From Felis catus (taxonomy: Eukaryota), in contig NC_058369.1 of assembly GCF_018350175.1 (NCBI RefSeq), positions 10,108,001 to 10,172,000 of the forward strand: a DNA stretch of 64,000 nucleotides, written 5' to 3'. The notes under the pieces were generated by a model. It saw nothing but the letters and a program-made list of their open reading frames with translations. It was not told the origin of the DNA and ran no database searches. Every line of letters begins with the position of its first letter. Position 1 is the stretch's first letter. Made by a program: the position numbers and the translations under genes. This document shows, piece by piece, positions 36,121-49,180 of the stretch.

Positions 36121-37700
36121 AAAAAGGAAGGAAAGAAAAAAAGGAAGGAAAGAAAAGAGGGGCGCCTTGGTGGCTCAGTCAGTTGGGCCGCTGACTTCGG
36201 CTCAGGTCACGATCTCGCAACTTATGAGTTCAGGCCCCGCGTCGGGCTCTGGGCTGATGGCTCAGAGCCTGGAGCCTGTTTCCGATTCTGTCTCCCTCTC
36301 TCTCTGCCCCTCCCCCGTTCATGCTCTGTCTCTCTCTGTCCCAAAAATAAATAAACGTTGAAAAAAAAAAGAAAAACAAAAAAAAAAAGAAAAAAGAAAG
36401 AGAAAAGAAAAGAAAAAGAAAAAAGAGAAAAGAAGAAAAAAGAAGAGAAAAAGAAAAAAAAGAAAAGAGAAAAGAAAAGGAGAAAAAAGAGAAGAAAAAA
36501 GAGAAAAAAAAGGGAAAAGAAAAGAAAAAAGAAAAGAAAAGAAAAAGGGGGAAGACCACAGCACATGTAAAACTTGGTTGTGAAATAGCGAAAGATTTCC
36601 CCTGGAGATCAGGACAAGAAAAGAATCGCTGTTGTCACCACTTCTTTCAACATCACACTAGAGCTTCCCAGGCGGGGCAACAAAGAAAGAAAAGACCAGA
36701 GAACATGTACAGATCGAAACGTAATAAATAAAATCTTCACCATTTGTGAGTGACGCAGTTAGTAACTGGCGGATATAACGAAATCTACTGATGAACTAAT
36801 GGGGTTAAGTGAATTTAGCGAGGCTCCTGGACACAAGGTCTGTGTGCAAAAATAAATTCTATTTCTCCATACCAGCAACAAACAGTTGAAAAAGAATTGT
36901 TTTAAAACTCAGTAAGAGAACCAGAGTCCCCGGGGCACCTGGGTGGCTCTACGTGTCTGACTGTTGGTTTTGGCTCAGGTCATGATCTCACAGTTCCCGG
37001 GTTCAAGGCCTGCCTCGGGCTCGGCGCGGGCAGCTCGGAGCCTGCTTGCGATCCTCTCTCCCTCTCTCTCTGTCCCTCCCCTGCCTGCGCTAAAGAAAAA
37101 GAAGCCCGAGTCCCAGTTTGAAAATGAGCAAAGGATTTGAGCAGATACTTTGGCAAACAGCACATCTGGATGGCAAATACGGGTCAATCTGACAGTTTCT
37201 TAAAAAGTTAAACACACATTGACCACAGGATCCAGAAATGAAAGCATACGTGGACGTGAGTGTTCACAGCAGCATTATTCACGACAACTAAGAGGTGGGA
37301 ACGACCTGAATGTCCGTCACCAGAGGGATGGAGAAACAAAGTATGGTCCATCCGTCTAATGGAATATTGCTCATCGACGAGAAAGAACAGCCTTTTGATA
37401 ATTGCGGCAACGTGGATGAGCCTCAGAAACAGACCGCATACAAAAAGCCAGGCACAAAATACTACAAAGTGTATGATTCCGTTTGTGTGGCATTTCTAGA
37501 AAAGACAAAGCCATAGGGAGAGAAAGCAGACGAGAGGCCGGGGAGGAGAGTGGAGAGAGATTGCAAGGGGGACGAGGGGACTCTGGGGTGACAGAAGTGT
37601 TCTCAGACACTGGTTTGTGGTGATGGTTGCACAAGTCAGCAAAATGTACTAGAAATCATTGAACTGTATGCATACGATGGGCAAATTCTATGCTAAGGAG
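35540..37700 (+). mobile_element. Degenerate old L1M ORF2/3' fragments interrupted by CAN-SINEs (36159-36370, 36932-37100) and purine-rich tracts
   Basis: tagacctaaatgtaaaacc...ttaggcaaagat; tgttcacagcagcattattcac...atggaatattgctca...tatgattcc; no intact ORF. Confidence 0.75.
35962..36158. repeat. (GAAA)n microsatellite within a purine-rich tract
   Basis: Read directly from the sequence; pure GAAA run at ~36055-36121. Confidence 0.93.
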
Positions 37701-38261
37701 GGTGCCTGGGGGGCTCAGGTACTGGGCAAGTGCAGTTTTAAGTTGGGGGTCAGGGGAGGCTCTCTGCGGAGGTGATGTCTGAGCCAATACCTGAAGGAAG
37801 CGAGGAGAGAGCCATGTGGAGATCTAGGGAAGGAGGGCAGCAAGCAGGGGAAACTGCAAGTGCAAAGGCCCTGGGGTGGGAGCATGCCGGGAACAGTGGG
37901 AACAGCGAGGAAGCCACTGGGCTAGAGGGAATAGTGAGGAGGAGAGGAGGAGGGGAGGGCAGGGAGGGGAATGGGCAGAGCCTTTCGGGTCATGGGGAGG
38001 ACTCTGACTTTGGCTCTCAGTGAGATGGGAGCCACAGAGGCTTCCTGACCAGGGAAGGGATGGGACCCGACTCAGGTGTTCCAGGGCGCCTTCTGGCCAC
38101 TGCTGGGGGAACAGCTGTGGGGCTGAGCGTGGGAGTGGGAGGACCAGGGCAGAGGTGACTGCACTGATCCCAGTGGGAGATGATGGGGCCATCCAGGCCC
38201 AGCCCTGGAGGCAGTGGAAGGCAGGTGGATTCTGGCTAGATTTTGAAAGCAGAGCCCTCAG

Positions 38262-38431
38262 GGGGCGCCTGGGTGGCTCCGTCTTTTGAGCATCTGGACT
38301 CTTGACTTCAGCTCAGGTCATGATCTCGCAGTCCCACGGTTTGTGAGTTCGAGCCCCACTTTGGGATTCTGTCTCCCTCTCTCTGCCCCTCCCCAGCTTG
38401 CTCTCTCTCTCTCTCTCTCTCAAAATAAAAA
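38262..38431 (+). mobile_element. CAN-SINE with TSD aaag(c/t)agagccctcaggg
   Basis: Head, (CT)n tract, tail and flanking direct repeat. Confidence 0.88.
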
Positions 38432-39756
38432 GTAGAGCCCTCAGGGTTTGCTGGTGCAGGAGAGAGGGACAGAGAGAGGGGGACAGAGACAGAGACGTGG
38501 ATAACTCCCAGTAACTTGAGCTGAGCATCTGGGCCACCAGGGAAAGAAAGGGAGGCTGAGACAGAGAGAGGAAGGCACCCAGGCCGCACGCCTGGCCCCC
38601 GTGGTGGCGAAGGCTTGGCTGTGACTTGAGAGCCCAGCGAGGGGGGCACCACGTGGGGCGGAGGCTGCTCCGAGCCAGGCATCCCCGCCCCCTGCGTCCC
38701 GAGTCCGATCCCAGGACCCCTCTGGCTCTTCCTTTCAGTCTTCGTTTCCAGAACTTGTCCTCCCTGGGGAATCCAGCCCATGTGCTTCTGATTCCTTTGT
38801 CCTGAACTCATATGGCATGAGCACCCCCTGAAAGCCTTATGTGGAAGAGTCTAGAGGCAGGGGGTGGCGAGGGGGGCACATTCCTCCTGGGGGGCCAGGG
38901 CCGCATCTGGCAGCGTCTCCAGGGTGTCCAGCAGCAGGGAGGCCTCCTCCCGAGCCAGGCCAGCCCGGCGGCCGCCCAGCACAGACTTCCCTTGGGGCCC
39001 AGCCGGCGCCCGCCCACGGCCCCGGTTCCAGCTGCCCTGACCCCCCCAGACCTCCCACACACTTCCTCCTGGGAGCCCTGACCAGGGGATTCGGTTTTTC
39101 CCACCCTCTCCCTCCCTACCCAGCCTGCCACTCCCACGGGCCCCCTCCCTGGTTGCCACAGTGGGTCCGGCTCCCCAGGCAGTGCCCCCCAGGCAGGCAG
39201 GGCCTGCGTGTGGCCGGAGCTAGAGGGTGGGCATCTGACCCTCCCTGGCACCTCTCCCATCCTCTGGCCTCTGAGCCCCTCCTCCTCCCCACCATCTGGG
39301 CCGTCTCTGGTCCCCGCGTGCCTCCCTATGTCAGAGGCCTCGGAAGGGCCTCCCGAATTCATTTGCCCTTTATGAGCACTGACCTGCCCGACCTTGGTCA
39401 GGCTACTGGGAGACACAGTGACCAGTGCTTAGAAGCTACTACTTATCAAGAACTTTGTAGGCATTAATAAATCCTGTCCGCCCACCTCCCAAGGAGGAAT
39501 GAGTGCTTCTGTTCTCTCTTTACAGACAAGAAGACTGGAGCATGGAGAGGGTTAACTGGTTACCCAGGGCCACACTGCCAGAAAGTAGCCAGGACCAGAC
39601 CCCTGACCGCCCTGCTCTTTAGCCTCTCATGAGAATGACCGACAAGGTCCTGGCCTTCTGGAGCCCTCAATCTCAGAGGAGACAGACAGGAAATACCAAA
39701 CAAGCAAGAACATACCATTTAGTAGTGACAAGGGCGATAAAGATCCTGAGGGCTTG

Positions 39757-40330
39757 GGCCAGGGGTCCCCAGGACCACCCTCAGGGCGAACGATTCCCTA
39801 GGATTCCCGGAACTCAGCAAAGCAGATACAGTCACAGTTTATTACAGGGAAAGGATGCACTTAAAATCAAGGGATCAAGGTGCACAGGGCAGGATCCAGG
39901 AGAGACCAGGCACGAGCTCCCAGGTGTCCCCTCCCCGTGGAGTCACGCAGACAGCCTTTGATTCTCTGCGGCACACGCAGAGTACCGACAACCGGGGAAG
40001 CTCGCCTTGGTGTCTGGGGTTTTTCTGGAAGTCGGTCACATAGGCAGGCTGACCACTCATATGGCTGACCTCAGACTCCAGTCACTCTGGAGGTCAAGCT
40101 GATGCCGCATTGGTGGCCCAAGGCCGTCACCATAAATCATATTGTGACCATGGACCATCTGGTATGGCTAAGGTCCTAGGTATACAGACACTCCTATCAG
40201 GCAGGACACTCCGGGGGCTGAAAGATGCCCGTCCAGGAGCAGAGCAAGGGCCAGTCCTGCACACAGAACGTACAGGATTCAAGCACCCCAAACCCGCAGA
40301 GTTAACTCTAGTGAGCAGGGCTAAATGTTA
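39757..40330 (-). mobile_element. MER21-type ERVL LTR
   Basis: ggggtccccaggaccaccctcagg...tttattacagggaaaggat...agagaccaggcacgagctccc resembles recalled MER21C. Confidence 0.65.
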
Positions 40331-40714
40331 CGGTGGGCCAGGAATGCATCTTTAAGGATTTCATGTTGAAAGTAAGGCCAGAAGGAAGGGCATCCTTACC
40401 TGATGGAGCCTTCAGATGAGACCACAGCCCTAGCTGCCACCTGGATGGCAGTCTGGTGAGAGACCCTGGAAGAGAAGCCATGCCAATGTCTGAGGGCAGA
40501 GAATTCCAGGCAGAGGGAACAAGAAGTGCAAAGGGCCTGTGGTAGGACTGGGCTTCCAAGAATAGGAAGAAAGCCAACATGGCCAGCCCAGGGGGAAGGA
40601 AGGAGGTGAGATCAGAGTTGACCATCTGGAGCCAGGGTAGAGGGCCTTGTGGACAGGATTGCAGAAAGAGAAGAGCTTGTGAGGGTACCCCCAGTTGCAG
40701 CCTGAACAGCTGAG

Positions 40715-41540
40715 CTGGTGGTGGAGCCATACGCTAAGAAGGGACAGCCTCCAAGATGACCCCATGATCCCCGTCTCCTGGTGTCTGCACCCCGTGTAAT
40801 CCCCTCCCCTTGACTGTGGGCAGGACCTTGTGACCCATTTGTAACAACAGAGTAAGACAAAGGTGATGGGATGTCACTTTCAAGATTAGGTCACACAAGG
40901 CTGAGACTTCCCCCTTGGGGAGTCTTGGATGGCAGCTTGTGAGGGACCCTGAAGCAAAGAACCCAGAGAATCCAGACCCCAGTCCTGACGCACATCTATG
41001 GTTTGCTGTTGTTTTAAGCCCCCACATTTGGAGTAAAATTTGTTACACGGCAGTAAATCACTAGCCCAGCAGGTTTGGCCAGAGGTCAGGAGGCAAATCA
41101 GGAGCTACAGTGTTGGCCGTGTTGAAAAAAATTGTAACAGACATTTGCCTTGGGTGGGCCTCCCTCAATTGCAGAGCCTGAGACAAGGATCTGAGTGCAG
41201 GTACTTTATGAGAAGCGGATCCTAGAAAGCAGGAGTGGAGAAGCTGGGAAGTGAGGTGGGGAGGGGCAGGCAGCAAATACAGAGGCCTTGAATGTGTACA
41301 TTACTTCTGCAGACACCGGGACTCAGCCCCGCCCCACCCCACCCTCCAGGGACCTCTGAGAGACTGTGTAGGACATGCACCTCCATTATCCCACAAGAGA
41401 GGTGAGGGAGCTGGGGGTACTGACCCGCCGAAACTGGTGGAGGTTTGGTCCCAGGATGTCAGTTCCCTCCCAGTTCCGACCTGCATCCACAGGGGCCATA
41501 GAAAGCCCTGGAGCAAAACATCATGGGTGTTTACAGGGGG
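40715..41540. mobile_element. MLT1E/F-type LTR (+, ~40715-41065) followed by an LTR16-type remnant (-, ~41140-41540)
   Basis: cagcctccaagatgacccc...gtgtaatcccctcccct...gatgggatgtcactt; gcagagcctgagacaaggatctgagtgcagg. Confidence 0.6.
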
Positions 41541-41559
41541 GAGGGGGGGGAGCGGGGGA

Positions 41560-41763
41560 CTAGAGTAAGGTGAGTGAGGCATACATTGATTTTTCCCTTT
41601 GCCTCAGGCTCCCGTAGGTCTCAGCACATCACTGTGACTGATCCTATCTTCACTTGAAATGTTCCTATTTTATTTTATCATGGATATTTTGCATTAATTT
41701 TGATTATTTAAAACAGTGCATTAGAACGGTATTCATCTTTTAAAATTTTTTTAATGTTTTATT

Positions 41764-41800
<37 letters not shown>

Positions 41801-42060
41801 AGGGGAAGGGCAAAGAGAGAGGGAAACACAGAATCTGCAGCAGGCTCCAGGCTCTGAGCTGTCAGCTCAGAGCCTGACGCAGGGTCCTAACCCATTAACC
41901 ATGAGAACATGACCTGAACCAAAGTCAGACACTTAACCGACTGAGCCACCCAGGTGCCCCAGAACAGTCTTCATGTTGACTGTTTGAGTTCTTTGGCACC
42001 CCCTTAAGTTTTGCTTTCTGAGGTGAGTGCTTCACTTCTTACCGGAGGTCCAGCCCTGGG
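41560..42060. mobile_element. MER96-type hAT element split by a CAN-SINE (~41745-41960, -); a shorter MER96-like piece lies at ~45595-45722
   Basis: gagtaaggtgagtgaggca...tttgcctcaggctcc...ttttgcattaattttgat...ggcacccccttaagttttg...ccagccctg. Confidence 0.55.
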
Positions 42061-42196
42061 GTTCACAGAAGAACCCCATCAGCATACCCAGGAAGGGACT
42101 CAGATGTCGGCTGCCGCCTCAGAATCAGGGCAGGCTCGGTTCCATTGCGGTAACAAGCGAGCCCCAGATCCTAGGGGCTTAAAACATCAGAGATTG

Positions 42197-44900
42197 GGGG
42201 GTGCCTGGGTGGCTCAGTCGGTTAAGCGTGGGACTCTTGATTTCGGCTCAAGTCATGATCCCACGGTTGTGAGATCCAGCCCCACGTCGTGCTCTGTGCT
42301 GACGGCACGGCGCCTGCCTGGGATCCTCTCTCCCGCTCTCTCTGTTCTTCCCCCCGCCGCGCACGTGTAACCTCTCTCTCCCACAAGAAAAATACACTTT
42401 AAAAAACAAATCACAGATCTTACTTCCCACTCGGCCACCGCACGGCACCCGGCAGGTTGCTGTAGCAGAAGGAAAAGAAATCAGCGCGGCGCACCGGCTT
42501 CTAAAGCTTCCGCCCGGAAGTGACACGGGTCATAGCCAGCTGCTCACATTTCATTGGCCAAAGCAAGTCACATGGCCACACAAGTGGGTGGGGCAGTGGT
42601 TTCTTTCCTTGTGCCGGGCGGGAAAGCGAGAATGGTGGTGACTGGCCCCAGTGACCGTTGTAGCACCCCCGAGTGAGGCCCAGGGGGCAGCTGGGTGTCC
42701 GGGGCTAGGCGGGAAGGTCCAGGGAGGGACCGAAACGTAAAAGGCTTCCAAGTATAATTGGTATTGACTCACTGGGGGGCCTGTCCCAGATTCCTGACCC
42801 CTGGCAGGCCCGTTGGGTTGGTGGGTCCAGCGGCAGCCCTATCTTACCTTCTCTTCCTGGACTTGATTTATTTTTCAGCTGATTTCTTTATTTCGAGCGA
42901 GAGCGCGCACATGCACGACTTGGGGAGGGGCAAACTCGAGTTGGTGGCACCGCGCCGGCCAGTGCAGAGCCTGACACGGGGCTTGAACCCACGAACCCAT
43001 AAGATCATGACCTGAGCCAGTATCACGAGTCGGACGCTTAACCGACTGAGCCACCAGGCGCCCCCTAGATTTTATTTGTTAAATGCGGTGAAATACCCAT
43101 AGTCTAAGATTTACCACCCCAACCTTTTTTTTTTTTTTTTTTGTACCACCCCAACTATCTTTAAGTGTCCAGCTCCGTGGCATTAAGGACATTCACACTG
43201 TCGTGCAACCCACCGTCCATCCACAGAACTTGTTCATCTTCCCAAACTGAAACTCTGTCCCCATTACACACTGACTCCCCAACCGGTCCTCCTTCTGTCT
43301 CTGTGGAGGTGACCACTCTAGGGACCTCATACAAATAGAATCATATAGTATTTGGTTTTTGTGACTGGCTCATTTCACTCAGCATATTGTTCTCAACGTT
43401 CGTCTAAGCTGTAGCCTGGGTCAGAATGTTCTTCCTTTCTTCCCCCCCCCAAAAAAAAACATTATTTTTTTAATGTTTTTATTTATTTTTGAGACAGAGA
43501 GAGACAGAGCATGAGCAGGGGAGGAACAGAGAGAGTCTGAGTCTCCCGACCCAGAATCCGAAGCAGGCTCCAGGCTCCAGGCTCTGAGCTGTCAGCACAG
43601 AGCCCCACGCAGGGCTCGAACTCATGGACTGTGAGATCATGACCCGAGCCAAAGACGGACGCTTAACCCACTGAGCCACCCAGGCGCCCCCCCAAAAATT
43701 TTCAAGTGCTAAAAAACATAGACCATAAAACATCAGCTTAACCCTTTTCACATGTACCGCTCAGTCGGGTTAAGCATATCTGCGCTGTTGTGAAACCGAC
43801 CTCTTCATCTTGAAAAAGGTTTCCATCCTTCTCATCTTGCAAAACTGAAATTCACTACCCACGGAACAACAGGTCCCCGTGCGCCTCTCTCCCCACCATC
43901 CTCCCACTCCCAGCAGCCACCATTCTACTTTCTGTTTCTATGAATGTGAATATACTTCCGTGACCTCGTATAAGTGGAATCAGACAGTATTTGTCTTTCA
44001 GTGACTGGCTTTTTGCCTTCGGCATGATGTCGTCAAGGCTCGTATATGTCACAGCATGTGTCAGAATTTCCTTCCTTTTTAAGACTGAATACTATTCCGT
44101 TGTATGACTCTACGTGTTATTTATCCATTTGTCCGTTGATAGAAACTTCGGTTGCTTCTCCTTTTCGGCTATCGTGAATAACGCTGCTAGGAACTCGGGT
44201 GTGCAACTTGCTCTTCCTTTCGAGTCTTTTGGGTAGACATACCCAGAAGAGGGATTGCTGGATCATGTGCTAATTCTACGTGTGACCTTTTAGCCAGACT
44301 CTTGTCCACAGCGGCTGCACCAGTTCACACTCCCAATAACAGTCCACAAGGGTTCCAACGTTTCCACATCTTGGCCAAGACTTATTATTTTTAATAGTAG
44401 CCATTTGAGGGGCGTGAAGCGTCCACCTCTTGATTTCAGTTCAGGTCACGATCTCACAGTTCTGAGATCGAGCCCCCGCACTCAGCACAGAGCCTGCTTA
44501 CGATTCTTTCTCCCTCTCCCTCTGCCTCTCCCCTCTCTCTAAAATTAAAAAAAAAAAAAAAAAAGGGAGGGCGCCTGGGTGGCTCAGTCGGTTGAGCATC
44601 TGACTTCGGCTCAGGTCATGATCTCGCAGTTCTTGAGTTCGAGCCCCGCGTCGGGATCTGGGCTGACAGCTCAGAGCCCGGAGCCTGCTTTGGATTCTGT
44701 GTCTCCCTCTCTCTTTGCCCCTCCCCCATTCACACTCTCTCTCTCTCTCTCTCAAAAAACCCCCAAACCATTAAAAATTAAAAAAAAAAATAGTAGCCAT
44801 TTGAAATACTGCAGGAGGTACGTTGCTGTGGTTTTGATGTACATTTCCCTGGTGAGTAGGGATGTCGAGCATCTTTTGGTGTGCTTGTTGGTCATTGGGG
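42197..44900. mobile_element. L1M antisense fragments (~43080-44900) with CAN-SINEs at ~42197-42400(+), 42880-43064(-), 43465-43690(-), 44409-44560(+), 44568-44790(+)
   Basis: ttcccaaactgaaactctgtccccatt...taagtggaatcagacagtatttgtc...gggattgctggatcatg...cagcggctgcacc. Confidence 0.85.
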
Positions 44901-45741
44901 GATTTTTAGCGACTCTGTTTCAAAGCAACCTCACGACGTGGGGGCCAGTCTCCTTGCCAATGCCACGGCTGCCTGGCCCCGTGGGCAACTGAGCAGCCTG
45001 CGGCGTCCCCAGGACTGACTCCTTGGGCTGGGCAGAAGCTGGGGGAGAGAAGCAGGTGCCGCTGAACTGCACCACTGAACTTGGTCACTGGGCACAAGAC
45101 CGGGGGCCAGGGAGATCCCCTGTGACACCCTTGCCCCCAGACACGGGGGCCAACCTGAAATGTTCTCAGACAAGTCCCTCCTCGGGCCACTCAGAAGAAA
45201 ATGATGCTGTCTGTCCAGAGGGGCCCTCTCTTCCTGGCTCCCAGTGGCAGCACAGAGGACACTTTTGGCCCAGGGGGCTTCCCACCTGCACACAGAGCCC
45301 AGGCGAGCCACCCTTTCCTAACCTCCTACACCAGGGAGCTGCCCGGCAGCTCAGAAACATCGTCCATTCCTCTCTCCGTGGGCCGCAGATTGTTCCTTCG
45401 ATCAACTTGCTTCTCCTTTCCTTCCTTTTAGTTCTTAAATGAATTTCTTTTGAAAGTAACCTTTCTGCCCTAGCCACGAAAGGAAAGCCGAGCCACGTCC
45501 AGAAGTAGAAAGCGACAGAAAGAAAGAGCTACATCGGTAGGGGTGGAGGCGGGTGATAGTCAATCCGGTTAAGGCTGCTGCCTGTGGAAGGTTCAGGGCT
45601 AAGACTAGGATGGGGACAGGGAGGCACCCAGGGGCAAAAGTTAGGGGGTCGCTGGCTCTCAGGGTGAGGCCTGCACTCCTAGGAACCTGAAAGCCATGGC
45701 CTCGCCCTCTAGTTCAGCGGTGGAGCAAAGGGACCACTCTT

Positions 45742-45995
45742 TCTTTTTTTTATTTTTATTTTTTTTAATTTTTTTTTTAATTTTTTTTTTCAACGTTTAT
45801 TTATTTTTGGGACAGAGAGAGACGGAGCATGAACGGGGGAGGGGCAGAGAGAGAGGGAGACACAGAATCGGAAACAGGCTCCAGGCTCTGAGCCATCAGC
45901 CCAGAGCCCGACGCGGGGCTCGAACTCACGGACCCCGCGAGATCGTGACCTGGCTGAAGTCGGACGCTTAACCGACTGCGCCACCCAGGCGCCCC
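45742..45995 (-). mobile_element. Young cat-type CAN-SINE with a 17-bp TSD aagggacc(a/g)ctctttct
   Basis: Nearly consensus and CpG-rich; flanking repeats at ~45728-45744 and 45996-46012. Confidence 0.92.
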
Positions 45996-47814
45996 AAGGG
46001 ACCGCTCTTTCTGTTGAAAGAGAGAAAGAAGGAGGGAGGGGAAAGAGAGAGAGCGAGAAAGGAAGAAGGGAGAAAATGGCAAAGAGGAAAACGTATAAAT
46101 GAAAACGAAAGCGATTACCGGGATGTTTAAAGTTGTGAAAGATACAGCCGCAATAAACACGACGTTGACATTCATCCATGAAACCGTTGCTGAACAGGTG
46201 CTGTTGAAGGGGCGGGGGACGCAGCCCTGGCTGTAGCAGGTGCACAGGAAGGAGGCGGGACAGTGAACAGTGGAAACAAGCGGAGAGGGTCCGGGTCCCC
46301 CAAGGGCTCAGCAGAGTCCATTGGAAACGAGGGGACAGGAGAGAAGCCATGTGGGGTTGACGGTGCTCTTCTAACTGATCAGCTGCCATGCCTTGCTGGG
46401 TATTAAGTATGTTGAATATCACCTCTGACTTCATTGCTCGCTGTGCACAATCTCACCCCCTTACCTCTCCAGCCTTATCGCCCCTCCCCTCCCCTCCCCT
46501 CCCCTCTCACTCATTTAGCTTCAGCCACACCGGCCTCCTTGCCGGTCCACCCCAGGTCTGCTCCTGCCTCAGGGTCTTTGCACAGTCCGTCCCCTCTGCC
46601 TGGAACCCTTTTCCTCAGATAGCTTCACCGCCCCTCCTTCCTCACTTCCTTCAGGTCCTTCCCCAAATGTCACCTTCTTGGTGAGGCCTTCCCCAACTGC
46701 CCTATTTAGTTTGGGCAACCCCCAGCACGACCCTCCGTTGTCAGCCTGCTTGATTTTCTCGTCCTTAACGACCTCCACAGCCTTCCCTGGGACAGTCTTC
46801 TCTGGGACAGGATGTCAGCCCCACAGGGCAGAGGTGTGGACTGACTTCTTCACACCCGCACCTCTGGTGCCTGTCAAGCAGTGTTTCCCGAGTGAATGTA
46901 TGACTGTCAGGTCTGTAAGAGGAGGAGGGTCGTGACTGCTTCCTCTCAAGGCGGTGGAAAGGTGAACCGAGGCGGTGGGGGAGGGGGGTGCTGGGAGTCA
47001 CGAAGGAGAGGCTGCGACAGGAAAGATACCCGGGGTGGGGGTGGGGACACTGCCCCAGACCACTCAGGATTTTTTTTTACGTTCAGGTAAGGCTGCCACG
47101 ACATAAAATTAACCACTGAAGAGTGAATCCAATGGTGCTGAGCACATTCACGATCTTGTGCAAACACCACCTGGGTCCGCGTCGTAACAACGATCAGAAC
47201 CTCCTTTTCTGTGACTGAGTAACATTCCACCATGTGGCTGCGCCACGCTTTGGTGATTCCTTCCCCCGTCGATGGGCCCTTGGGTTGTTTCCCCCTCAAT
47301 TTGTTGGAGTCCCTGGCTTCGGTTCTCTCGGGCACGTACCTAAGAGCGGAATTGCTGGGTGTCGGGGCAACTCTGCCTGACGTCAGGAGGGCCCAAACAG
47401 TTCTCCAGTGTGGTGAAGGGAGACCCCAATCTGACAGGGGAAACTGAGGCATGGGGAGACGTTGATGTGGGCGGTCAGCCTGAACCCTCTTCCTCTCCCG
47501 CCCTGCCCCACCTTGGGGGGCCCCCGTTGCTGGCGCCCTGGAGACGGAACCCACCCTCCCTGGGCATGGTCAGCCCGCGGCCCCCCACCCCCCCGAAGCC
47601 CTTGCGGAATGGGGAAAAAGCTGAGAGCCGGGAGGAAGAGGTGGGCAAGCCCCTGACTGTCGCCCAGCGCTCCCAGCTCTCGCTGCAGGGCTTCCTGTTG
47701 GTGGCTTCCAGCTTCTACCCACACCACCCACTGCCAGCCCCACTACTTCTCAGCACTGCTTTCCAGCCCCCTGCACCGTCTCTAACTGCTTCTCATGAAA
47801 GCCTTTAAACATTT

Positions 47815-49180
47815 AAAAAAATTTTAACGTTTATTTAGTTTTGAGAGACAGAGACAGAGCACAAGCAGGGGAGGGGCAGAGAGAGAGGGGGGGGGACGCA
47901 GAACTCGAAGCGGGCTCCAGGCTCTGAGCCAGCCGTCAGCACAGAGCCTGACGCGGGTCTCGAACTTACAAACCGCAAGATCATGACCTGAGCCGAAGTC
48001 GACGGCGCTCAACTGATGGAGCCAGCCAGGCGCCCCAAAGCCTTTAAAGATTTTTAAATTTCCAAAGAAAAAACATTTACAAGGCCTCAGGTTCCCAGAA
48101 TCGATGACAGATCATTGTCGTGGTCATCAGTCTACTCATGACCCACTTTAATTTACTTTATGCATTATTTTAATTCCATAAGGCACACCTAGGGCCCCCC
48201 CCCCCGCCCGCCGTGAGCTGGGACGTGACCCTGCTCCCTCCCTCCACCACCCTGAGTTCTGTTTCTTATTCTCTCCCCATTTGCTTTTTTATTTTTATTT
48301 ATTTTAAATGTTTTATTTATTTTGAGAGCGAGAGAGCGAGCAGGGAGGGGCAGAGAGAGAGAATCCCAAGCAGGCTCTGCACTTAGTGTGGAGCCCGTTT
48401 GCTTTCTTTTAAAGCGTTCTTATGATGGGGGCACCTGGGTGGCTCAGTCGGTTAAAGTGTTCTTATGTATGTTTATATGCCGAGCCCTTACCTTGTTTCA
48501 TTTCCTGTGTGTGAGCTTTATGACGAAGGTGGCTTTCACGGGGGGCTTTGGGCACTGTTTTTTCCTCAGGCTCCTACCACAATCACATCGTGCACTTTTC
48601 AGTATATCCCGATTTGATTTGTCAGTTATACCGCAGGAGAGCTGGAAAAAAATCCTGCTATGAGAGTCATACTCTCCATCGACTGAGCCAGCCAGGTGCC
48701 CCTCAATTTTTTTTTTTAATTAAGAAAGGAGCATGTTGGGGCGCCTGGGTGGCTGAGTGCGTTAAACGACCAACTCTTGATTTCAGCTCGGGTTATGATC
48801 TCACGGTTTGGGAGTTTGAGCCCAGCATCAGGCTCCGCACTGAGAGGGAGAGTGAGGAGACCGCTTGGGATTCTCTGTCTCTCCCTTTCTCTCTGCCCTT
48901 CCCCTGCTCGCATGTATGTGCTCTCTCTCTCTCAAAATAAATAGGGGCGCCTGGGTGGCTCAGTCGGTTGGGCGTCCGACTTCGGCTCAGGTCATGATCT
49001 CAGTCAGTGGGTTCGAGCCCCGCCTCGGGCTCTGTGCTGACAGCTCGGAGCCTGGAGCCTGCTTCGGATTCTGTGTCTCCCTCTCTCTCTGCCCCTCCCC
49101 CCCCTCACGCTCTGACTCTTCCTCAAAAATAAATAAACATTAAAAAAAATTTTAAGAATAAATAAATAAATAAGCAAGCT
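47815..49180. mobile_element. CAN-SINE cluster: ~47815-48035(-), 48290-48395(-, partial), 48428-48455(+, head only), 48662-48701(-, head only), 48738-48942(+), 48943-49180(+)
   Basis: SINE motifs read directly. Confidence 0.85.

Noticed and set aside
35947..36570. Lys/Arg/Glu-rich and Phe/Ser-rich ORFs
   Set aside because: Translations of purine-rich simple repeats.
993..49143. Many similar short ORFs (MAQSVKRPTSAQV...) resembling a gene family
   Set aside because: Translations of CAN-SINE copies.
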